From positions 1 through 37,871 of IMG/VR virus record IMGVR_UViG_3300044674_002189: a DNA stretch of 37,871 bases, one strand, 5' to 3'. The stretch is from a virus. Lineage: Duplodnaviria > Caudoviricetes. The notes beneath the pieces were generated by a model, which made no database searches, had not been told where the DNA came from, and was given only the letters and a program-made list of their open reading frames with translations. Shown one piece after another: positions 25,378 through 32,403 of this stretch. The position numbers were made by a program, and so were the translations under genes. How positions within the stretch are numbered: position 1 is the first letter of the stretch; the number at the start of each line of letters is the position of its first letter.

Positions 25378-25991
25378 CAGACCCACCAATCAGAACGGGT
25401 TTTCAGTTTCATTGACTGGCCGCTGCGGCGAACCTCGTCCGCTGCTCGCCGGCCCCACATGCGCCGTTCTCGGTCGGCCATCTGGTACAGGTCCGTGTCT
25501 CGGATACGTTGCGAGATTTGTACGAGAGCGATTTGCACAAGCCAATCAAGGTACCGGTCCGGCAGGTTTGGGGCGTCGGCGTCAAGAGACAACGCTGTTT
25601 CGTACGCCGAATACAGGGTGTATACGGTGTACACGCCGTCTGGGACGGGAGCGAAATGGATTTTTTCGTGTTCAATCCAGTACGCTTGCGGCTGGCCTCG
25701 GTCCTGCGAGTACGAGCCGCCTTCGGTGGAGGAGAGTTGTAGGAGTTGTTGTCCCGCAATTTCAAGGCGCAGAATTTTGGAGGCGGCAGCGGGAAGGGTA
25801 ATGGTTTGTAGGTCGGCGGTGGTGGATAGGTTGGTTTGTGCGTGGTTCCACGGCCAGTCGTGCTCGGAACTGATTTGCCTCAAAGCCCGGTTTACGATGC
25901 GGTTCATCGTGGCGTCAGGGAATCGGGCGTCGTCTGCTGCGAGCCCGGCTGTTTCAAGGATTTCTGTGCGGATGTCGGAAAGCTGAGCCAT
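25377..25991 (-). CDS. head-tail adaptor (connector) protein
   Basis: L...R........N.A...I.....WPW and P.PD..Y.......D.D.P.LP patterns. Confidence 0.75.
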   Translation of the reverse strand: MAQLSDIRTEILETAGLAADDARFPDATMNRIVNRALRQISSEHDWPWNHAQTNLSTTADLQTITLPAAASKILRLEIAGQQLLQLSSTEGGSYSQDRGQPQAYWIEHEKIHFAPVPDGVYTVYTLYSAYETALSLDADAPNLPDRYLDWLVQIALVQISQRIRDTDLYQMADRERRMWGRRAADEVRRSGQSMKLKTRSDWWV

Positions 25992-26006
25992 AGGCTCAGT
26001 CTATCA
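25989..26006 (-). promoter_or_regulatory. extended -10 leaderless promoter
   Basis: TGA-TAGACT-GAGCCT-ATG. Confidence 0.7.
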
Positions 26007-26071
26007 CTTCTTACGCAGATGATCGGGGGGTTCCCGTGCGCCAACCTCGGCGTAGATAGCCGGGTCGGGCG

Positions 26072-26422
26072 TTACGCCGGGTCGCCTTTGCCGTGTAGGA
26101 TAGAGACTCGGATGTCGGTGGATGCGCCGGAGGCGATGGCCCATACTTCGTCTGAGTAGAGGATGTTCATTTCTTTGTATCCGCCGGCGGGGATGGGTAG
26201 GCCGTTGGCGGTGGTGACGTCTGACCCTGATCCGATGTATAGGAGTTGGCTGGCGTGTGCGTTGTGGATGATTACTTCTCGGGGGACGTCGATGGTGCCG
26301 CCGATGGTGGCGATGTCTGGGCCGGATTGGTTTCCTCCGGCGCCTTCGATGAGTACAATGGCGGATGTGCCTACGGAGACTGCGTAGTTGTCGTTTTGGG
26401 ATTGGGCGATGGTTTCAGACAT
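26072..26422 (-). CDS. stand-alone ~115-aa beta-rich structural module, paralog 4
   Basis: MSETIAQS...VGTSA...HNAH.SQ.LY.G.GSDV...NGLPIPAG...W...HGKG shared by four adjacent genes. Confidence 0.8.
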   Translation of the reverse strand: MSETIAQSQNDNYAVSVGTSAIVLIEGAGGNQSGPDIATIGGTIDVPREVIIHNAHASQLLYIGSGSDVTTANGLPIPAGGYKEMNILYSDEVWAIASGASTDIRVSILHGKGDPA

Positions 26423-26437
26423 GGCTATATCCTATCA
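26420..26437 (-). promoter_or_regulatory. extended -10 leaderless promoter
   Basis: TGA-TAGGAT-ATAGCC-ATG. Confidence 0.7.
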
Positions 26438-27415
26438 TGAGAGGGTGATACCCCACTTGTCTGCCAGATAGCTTTCGGTGTCGCTGATCTGCTGCGCCGT
26501 CAACGTGCCATCCACGACAATGACTTCGGCAATATCACCGACCGGCCGAAGAAGATCCCCCGTGTAGCCGAAGGGGTCCAGCGCGTTTGTGAACGATCCG
26601 CTCAGCTCCACCGTCACAACTTTTGTAGACGAAGCAAGTTCATCGTAAATGTCGCCGCGAGTCGTCCCAGAAAACGGTGTCCCATCAAACCGAAGCGACA
26701 TCGTGCCCATATTTCCGGTCAATGTTGTGAGTGAGCTACCAGATTGGCCAACGCCTGCGTAGGTGAGGTCCTGATTTGTACCCAACAAAACGAAGTTTTG
26801 AGACGAATGCCGGAACACAGCGATCATCGTCAACCCCGTAAAAGCAAGACTTGGTGACACCATCGAGTCGTTGTCGTAATGGAGGACGTTCAAGCCGTTG
26901 ATCGTGTCCGTGCCTGTCGTGGGCTGCAACGAAGCCGTCGCTTGAGTCAGGTGGTAGCCGTTGCCTGACAGGTCGTCCCACTGCGACACGGCCCCGCCTG
27001 ATTCGGTGATCGTAGACTCGTCGGATGCGTCGAGCCACAACGCCGGAGACAAATCCAACGGAGAGAACGTAGTCGCACCTTTGCCGTGCAGCACGTACAC
27101 TCGGGTGTCCGTAGAAGCCCCCGAAGCGATAGCCCACAACTCGTCGTCATACCAGGCCCGAAGCGTGCGATGCTCTCCGGCAGGGATCGGCAAACCGTTA
27201 GACGTAGAAACGTCAGACCCCCACCCGACGTACAGCACCTGCGACCCGTGGTTGTTGTGTACCGTAATGTAGCGGGGCATGTTGATTGTGCCGCCGACCG
27301 TGATAACGCCGGACCCGGAGTGGCGGCGGCCTCCGCCTTTGGCGAGCACGACAGCGGAGGTGCCTACCGATTTGCCGTAGTTTTCGCTGGATGATTGTGC
27401 GATTGTTTCAGACAT
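26435..27415 (-). CDS. structural module fused to a LamG/concanavalin-like domain, paralog 3
   Basis: True start ATG 27415 (TAATG overlap); LWLDASD...VSQWDDLSGNG...E.IV....L......E.YLA.KWG. Confidence 0.8.
   Translation of the reverse strand: MSETIAQSSSENYGKSVGTSAVVLAKGGGRRHSGSGVITVGGTINMPRYITVHNNHGSQVLYVGWGSDVSTSNGLPIPAGEHRTLRAWYDDELWAIASGASTDTRVYVLHGKGATTFSPLDLSPALWLDASDESTITESGGAVSQWDDLSGNGYHLTQATASLQPTTGTDTINGLNVLHYDNDSMVSPSLAFTGLTMIAVFRHSSQNFVLLGTNQDLTYAGVGQSGSSLTTLTGNMGTMSLRFDGTPFSGTTRGDIYDELASSTKVVTVELSGSFTNALDPFGYTGDLLRPVGDIAEVIVVDGTLTAQQISDTESYLADKWGITLS
26451..26509. repeat. 59-bp exact direct repeat, copy A (copy B at 27772-27830)
   Basis: ccccacttgtctgccagatagctttcggtgtcgctgatctgctgcgccgtcaacgtgcc occurs twice. 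Confidence 0.92.
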
Positions 27416-27759
27416 TATGTGCCCTTTCCGTGCAACACGTACACTCGGGTGTCCGTAGCCGCCCCCGACCCGACACCCCACAACTCGTCCGTATACAACA
27501 AATCAAACTCCATGTACCCGCCCGCAGCGATCGGAAACCCCGAAGACGAAGTAACATCCGAACCCCACCCGACATACAACACCTGCGAAGCGTGAGCGTT
27601 ATGCACCACCACGCTCCGAGGCACGTTGATCGTGCCGCCAACCGTAACAATACCCGACCCTGACTGGCCGTTCCCGCCGCCCTTCACCAACACAACAGCG
27701 GAAGTGCCAACCGACTTTGCGTACGTGTCGCTCTGCGACTGTGCGATTGTTTCAGACAT
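27415..27759 (-). CDS. stand-alone structural module, paralog 2
   Basis: True start ATG 27759 (TAATG overlap); same module, ending HGKGT. Confidence 0.8.
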   Translation of the reverse strand: MSETIAQSQSDTYAKSVGTSAVVLVKGGGNGQSGSGIVTVGGTINVPRSVVVHNAHASQVLYVGWGSDVTSSSGFPIAAGGYMEFDLLYTDELWGVGSGAATDTRVYVLHGKGT

Positions 27760-28754
27760 TAGATCGTGATCCCCCACTTGTCTGCCAGATAGCTTTCGGT
27801 GTCGCTGATCTGCTGCGCCGTCAACGTGCCGTCCACAACGATCAACTCGGCAATCGTGCCATCCCATTGACGACCGGTTGCAGCTTGGTTACCGACATCT
27901 AAAACAGTCATCCCAGAGGTTCCTGCGTCACCTGAAACATCAAGCGATCCGTCCACATAAATGGACGACGAGGTTGAGTCAGCCGTGTATCGGAAAAGCA
28001 AACCGGTAGACAACGCTAGCGATGTGCTGCCTTGAAGATTTGTGCCGGAATACAGTCGAGCGGTTTGATTGATTGCCTGGAATGCTGTTGAACTTCCGTT
28101 TACAAGAAACTGCGGAGTAGCTCCTGACGTATCTAGCGTAGCTACAGCGAACAAGGTTATAGGTTGCGAAATATTGAACGACGCTGCCGATATGACATCA
28201 TTCGGAATGAAGTCGAGGACGTTCAGGCCATTCAGCGTGCGGGTGCCCGTTGTCGGCTGCAACGAAGCCGTCGCTTGAGTCAAGTTGTTGCCATTACCGG
28301 ACTTGTCATCCCACTGCGAAACGGCACCGCCACCCGGCCCCGACAACGTAGACTCATCCGACGCATCCAACCACAACGCCGGAGACAAAGACAACACGTC
28401 AAACGTCGTCGGATTACCCTTACCATGAACAACCGACACCAACGCAACAGTGTCCGCACCCGAAGCAACCGCCCACATCTCATCCAAATACGACAACCGA
28501 AACTTACGAGACTCACCCGCAGGAACCGGCAAACCATTCGAAGTCGAAACATCCGAACCCCAACCCACATACAACACCTGCGACCCATGCGAATTATGAA
28601 CCGACACCACACGAGGCAACTCGATCGTCCAACCAACCGACGCAATAGACGAACCCGAATGATTCATCCCAGCACCCACCACCAACACGAGAGCGGACGT
28701 GCCAACCGTCGTAGCATACGAATCGTTCTGCGACTCAGAAATCAACTCAGACAT
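27759..28754 (-). CDS. structural module fused to a LamG/concanavalin-like domain, paralog 1
   Basis: Same architecture as 26435-27415. Confidence 0.8.
   Translation of the reverse strand: MSELISESQNDSYATTVGTSALVLVVGAGMNHSGSSIASVGWTIELPRVVSVHNSHGSQVLYVGWGSDVSTSNGLPVPAGESRKFRLSYLDEMWAVASGADTVALVSVVHGKGNPTTFDVLSLSPALWLDASDESTLSGPGGGAVSQWDDKSGNGNNLTQATASLQPTTGTRTLNGLNVLDFIPNDVISAASFNISQPITLFAVATLDTSGATPQFLVNGSSTAFQAINQTARLYSGTNLQGSTSLALSTGLLFRYTADSTSSSIYVDGSLDVSGDAGTSGMTVLDVGNQAATGRQWDGTIAELIVVDGTLTAQQISDTESYLADKWGITI
27772..27830. repeat. 59-bp exact direct repeat, copy B
   Basis: Identical to 26451-26509. A second 28-bp exact pair lies at 26922-26949 and 28255-28282. Confidence 0.92.
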
Positions 28755-28769
28755 AACCCAATCCTATCA
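28752..28769 (-). promoter_or_regulatory. extended -10 leaderless promoter
   Basis: TGA-TAGGAT-TGGGTT-ATG. Confidence 0.7.
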
Positions 28770-29213
28770 CGTGTAGAACTCCGTACGCCCCACACCAAAC
28801 GTACGCCCAGCCTCAAAATAAAACTTCGCTAACGCATCAGCCGTAGCCGCAACCGCCTCCGACTCCCGACGCCGCTCCAACCGGGCATTCTCCCGATCCA
28901 CCGCATCCGAAATCGCCGCAGCCGAATTGCCCTCCCGATGAGTGTCCGCCCTCACCAACTGGCGAATCAACAAATTGATCGCATCCTCATTAATGTCCTG
29001 CCCCACCGGACCCCTCGACACCAACACATGACGATCCGGAAACCCCGGCGCCGGCTCATTCCGCCACAACTCCCACCGCTGCGAAATCCGCTCAAACACC
29101 AACACCAAAAACGGATCACCCGACCAACCCAACTCCGGCTTACCCTCACGCAACGGACGAATCAAACGATCCGCCACCTGCTGCCGAGGATCAAACACAA
29201 TCGGCTCACTCAC
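28767..29213 (-). CDS. hypothetical protein in the head region
   Basis: 148 aa, GTGA-coupled; GWSGDP.L.L......RWELWR motif. Confidence 0.75.
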   Translation of the reverse strand: MSEPIVFDPRQQVADRLIRPLREGKPELGWSGDPFLVLVFERISQRWELWRNEPAPGFPDRHVLVSRGPVGQDINEDAINLLIRQLVRADTHREGNSAAAISDAVDRENARLERRRESEAVAATADALAKFYFEAGRTFGVGRTEFYT

Positions 29214-29647
29214 AACTTCCTCACATTCAACCGGTCATCCGTCGGAGGCAACCCGTGCCCCACCAGCCAACCATTAATATCGTCAATATCAACAAACACA
29301 AACCGATCCTCAAACTGCTGCCACTGCGCGAGAAACCTACCCAACGGCCACAAATGCGGATCATCCCACGGGGCCGCAGCCCAATCATGAGAATAATCAA
29401 TCGTCGCCAACCCAGAAAAGAACCGGTCAGGGTCCCGGCGAGTAACCACCAACACCTCCTCCGGGTCCGGATCAACAACCCGATCCTTCAACCCGGACGC
29501 CTGACCAAACCACTCCGGCCACGCACGACCCCACCCCAACCTGCGTTGAAAATGAAAGTTCAACGTAGTCGAAGCGTTCTTATGCACAGACAAATACGCC
29601 AAACGGCCATCAGGAGAAACGCACAAATGTGCAGCATGCGGGGGCAT
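29210..29647 (-). CDS. short sulfotransferase-like protein
   Basis: 5'-PSB-like YLSVHKNASTTL, 3'-PB-like RDPDRFFSG and DPHLWP motifs of the Sulfotransfer_2 family. Confidence 0.65.
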   Translation of the reverse strand: MPPHAAHLCVSPDGRLAYLSVHKNASTTLNFHFQRRLGWGRAWPEWFGQASGLKDRVVDPDPEEVLVVTRRDPDRFFSGLATIDYSHDWAAAPWDDPHLWPLGRFLAQWQQFEDRFVFVDIDDINGWLVGHGLPPTDDRLNVRKL

Positions 29648-29662
29648 GCCAACATCCTACCA
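29645..29662 (-). promoter_or_regulatory. extended -10 leaderless promoter
   Basis: TGG-TAGGAT-GTTGGC-ATG, directly after a terminator. Confidence 0.72.
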
Positions 29663-29672
29663 TAACCGAAGA

Positions 29673-29694
29673 AGCCCGCCCCGAAGGGCGGGCT
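29673..29694 (-). terminator. intrinsic terminator after the capsid operon
   Basis: AGCCCGCCC-TTCG-GGGCGGGCT followed by TCTT on the - strand. Confidence 0.75.
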
Positions 29695-29720
29695 CCATCT
29701 GGATGTCGGGTCCGACTATG

Positions 29721-30044
29721 TCACTCGCCGAAAGCGATGAACTGAACGTCCACCACGCCGGACTGATCCGAAGCGTTACCCGCCTCAGCCATAATACCGG
29801 ACGTGCCGTCCTCGACGTTAATGACCAGCTTACCGGTAGACGGGTCGTACGAAACAACCTTCGTCGGAACCAGCGAAGACTGAGCGTTGATAATGACAGC
29901 GTCAACCGCAGACTGGAACTCCAGCTCCGCAGCAGTGATCGCCTCGCCACCAGTCGGATACGAGTTGTCAAACGCAACCGTACCAATGTAGTAGCGCTTG
30001 TCGCCCATCACGCCGCTAGCCGTCTTTGCAATAGTGAGAGCCAT
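29721..30044 (-). CDS. capsid decoration / minor head protein
   Basis: Follows the MCP; SD GAAAGGAGG; FDNSYPTGGE motif. Confidence 0.65.
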   Translation of the reverse strand: MALTIAKTASGVMGDKRYYIGTVAFDNSYPTGGEAITAAELEFQSAVDAVIINAQSSLVPTKVVSYDPSTGKLVINVEDGTSGIMAEAGNASDQSGVVDVQFIAFGE

Positions 30045-30073
30045 CAGGCCCTCCTTTCATAGTAGGGATTCAG

Positions 30074-30095
30074 GGGCGGGGCCGAAGCCCCGCCC
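30074..30095 (-). terminator. UUCG hairpin after the MCP (no U tract; attenuator or stabiliser)
   Basis: GGGCGGGGC-TTCG-GCCCCGCCC. Confidence 0.6.
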
Positions 30096-30101
30096 TCAGA
30101 A

Positions 30102-31349
30102 TCAGACGGTAAGGCCAGTCAGCTTGCCGTGAGCGTTACGCTTGTCAGTACCGAGTTCATGGTACTTGTACAGCGTAGCCTCGTAGGCGTCGGTGTTGGC
30201 AACACGGCTCAGCACCGAACCGTCACGGTCCATGAACGACCAGTCGCTCATCACCCAATGGGTGAGGTGCGAAGTGTTCACAAGGAACGCAACGTCATCG
30301 AGGCAGTCACGCTCAGCCCACAACGGAACCTCGCCACTACCAGCCTGAACGGTAAGAGCAGAGAAGCCGCCCTTCAGTTCAACAGTGTTCTGGTAACGCT
30401 TCTGGCTCTTCAAGGTCGCAGCGTACGCACGCTTTGCCTTGTGGCTGGTGATGATAAGGTCCGGCTCGTTGCCGCCAACAAGTTCAACCTCGTTCATGGC
30501 TTCCTCAAACACCGAGTCGGTCGGGGCAGCCGAAGCTGCGACCTGATAAGACTGCCAGGTGCTGTTAGCCGAACCGTCGATGCCGTGAAGCCAAGCCGGA
30601 GCTTGACCGTCAGAAGTACCAGCAGTGCTGGAACCGTCCGAGATGATGTCTTCAAGGCCGTGGATCTCCTGCGTGGCGTCCTCAGTCGCCTTCGAGGTGA
30701 TCGCAGCGCCGCCCATCGTGACACCAGTGTTGACAACCCAGTCGCCGGCATCAACGCCAGAAAGACCCGTGAAAGTAGCGGTCTTAGCGGAGATGTCAAC
30801 GCTGACGAGAACCTCGCCGGTGTCGTCCGAAGCGTAATCGCCGTCGTAGAAGTCGTAGCTGTTGCCGACTTCGAGGCGACGAACCTCAGCCTCAGTGCCA
30901 AACGTGACGGTGTTAGTAGCAACTGAAACGACGGTGCCGATAACGCCAGAGTTCGGCGTGTAGCACTGACGGTTTACGTCACGCTTCAGGTCCTGCACGA
31001 TGCCCTTCGACTCAGAGTCGATGGCACGAGTGAACGAACCACGGTTCGATTTCATCGCTTCGATGATCGGACCGGTAACCTGAAGACGGCCGTAGTTGAA
31101 CTTGACCGGGACACGGGCAGTGGTGTATGCCTGACTGCCGGCGCTCGGCAGCGTGCCGGACTCGGCGCGGGCACCAACGCCGCTGTTGCGGCCGGTGTGC
31201 AGCGAGATGACAGCTTCGCTGCCTTCAACGTCAGTGGTATTGGTTTCAATCTGAGCAAGCAGCATTGTTGCATTGTTGAGCTGCTCACGAATTGCGGGCT
31301 GATAATCGTCCTTGAGGGCGGCATCAGCTGCTGTAAAGTCTAGAGCCAT
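30102..31349 (-). CDS. major capsid protein
   Basis: ALKDDY...IREQLN, E.G.LP.AG, RNAHGKL C-terminus; strongly biased codons; follows the scaffold. Confidence 0.88.
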   Translation of the reverse strand: MALDFTAADAALKDDYQPAIREQLNNATMLLAQIETNTTDVEGSEAVISLHTGRNSGVGARAESGTLPSAGSQAYTTARVPVKFNYGRLQVTGPIIEAMKSNRGSFTRAIDSESKGIVQDLKRDVNRQCYTPNSGVIGTVVSVATNTVTFGTEAEVRRLEVGNSYDFYDGDYASDDTGEVLVSVDISAKTATFTGLSGVDAGDWVVNTGVTMGGAAITSKATEDATQEIHGLEDIISDGSSTAGTSDGQAPAWLHGIDGSANSTWQSYQVAASAAPTDSVFEEAMNEVELVGGNEPDLIITSHKAKRAYAATLKSQKRYQNTVELKGGFSALTVQAGSGEVPLWAERDCLDDVAFLVNTSHLTHWVMSDWSFMDRDGSVLSRVANTDAYEATLYKYHELGTDKRNAHGKLTGLTV

Positions 31350-31503
31350 GATGGCTGTTCCTTTGCTTTCTCCCCGGAGGGATTGAATGAGTAATGGGTT
31401 TGCTGTGCTTCGGGATCAACCCTCGGCGGAGGTGAGCTAGGTCCAGCCGTCGCTCTGATGCCGTGCCGCCTCGCCGGTCCAGCCAGAAGACGTCACTACA
31501 CAA

Positions 31504-31512
31504 AGTGTACCA
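31504..31512 (-). promoter_or_regulatory. extended -10 promoter for the MCP (about 150-nt leader)
   Basis: TGG-TACACT just downstream of the scaffold terminator. Confidence 0.65.
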
Positions 31513-31522
31513 TAAATGAAAA

Positions 31523-31545
31523 GGCCCCCGCCGAAGCGGGGGTCC
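31523..31545 (-). terminator. intrinsic terminator after the scaffold gene
   Basis: GGACCCCCGC-TTCG-GCGGGGGCC-TTTT on the - strand. Confidence 0.8.
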
Positions 31546-31570
31546 TCTGCTTACGTTAAGCTCAAGTCCG

Positions 31571-32356
31571 TTACTGGTACCCGGCCGCCCGCAACCGCTC
31601 CTCGGCTCGGGCACGAGCCTGCTCCAACGTCTTCGGAGGTCCCTGATCCAGCACGTTCGTGCCGTCAGCCGCAGGCAACTTCGGGGCGTGCTTGCCGGTA
31701 CGCAACCCGTCCATGTGCGCCTCAACCGCCTGGTCGATCGCCTCCTGCAACTGGCCCTGAATAATTTCGTGAGCCTTCTCCAACGACACGTTACGGTTCT
31801 GCGCTACCGCAAACAGATGAGCTTTAGCGGCAGGGTCAGCGTAACCCGGGGCAAGCGCTTCCGCTTCCGAAAACGCAGCCTCAACATCCGACTGCTGCTG
31901 TTGCTGCTGCCGTGCCTCCGCCAGCCGCTCCTCGACCAGACGACTAACGTCTTCCGCCGTCAGCGCCGACGAAGACGCAGCAGGCGCCTGTTCTGGGGAC
32001 TCTTGCACGGGAAATGCCTCCTGGCCCAGCTGCTTAGCTAGACGGTCAGTGACGCCCCGAAACTGCTCCAAAGCGTCTGCTTGTTTACTTGGATCATTCA
32101 ACATAGAAGCCAGACGCAGAAACTCGCCCTGCTCCGCTTCCGAATAGCCTTCAAACTTTGATTCAAAATCTCGGGTACGGGTACGCCACTTAGCGGCCTC
32201 GGACCGCAACTTCTCAACATACGACCGATCAAACGTGTCCGTGCCCTCCGGCAGCTCCTCGATTTCCTCAGGCTCAGGAGCCTCAGGAACCGGGGCGTTA
32301 GCTGCCGCCTCCGCAGCGGCACGAGCCGCAGCTTCAGGCGGTGGGGTATCTGACAT
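31571..32356 (-). CDS. capsid scaffolding protein
   Basis: FDRSYVEKLRSEAAKWR motif; acidic coiled coil; between portal and MCP. Confidence 0.85.
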   Translation of the reverse strand: MSDTPPPEAAARAAAEAAANAPVPEAPEPEEIEELPEGTDTFDRSYVEKLRSEAAKWRTRTRDFESKFEGYSEAEQGEFLRLASMLNDPSKQADALEQFRGVTDRLAKQLGQEAFPVQESPEQAPAASSSALTAEDVSRLVEERLAEARQQQQQQSDVEAAFSEAEALAPGYADPAAKAHLFAVAQNRNVSLEKAHEIIQGQLQEAIDQAVEAHMDGLRTGKHAPKLPAADGTNVLDQGPPKTLEQARARAEERLRAAGYQ

Positions 32357-32383
32357 GAGAACCTCCTGGGTTCATGTAGGGGA

Positions 32384-32402
32384 CTAGCACTAATGCTAGC
32401 AT
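32384..32402 (-). promoter_or_regulatory. extended -10 promoter for the scaffold gene with overlapping palindromes
   Basis: TGC-TAGCAT; palindromes ATGCTAGCAT and CTAGCA-N4-TGCTAG; SD CAGGAGG downstream. Confidence 0.5.
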
Positions 32403-32403
32403 A

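Noticed and set aside
26435-28754. Diversity-generating retroelement TR/VR pair
   Set aside because: No reverse transcriptase in the window; the repeats are exact or differ without adenine specificity, and both copies are coding.
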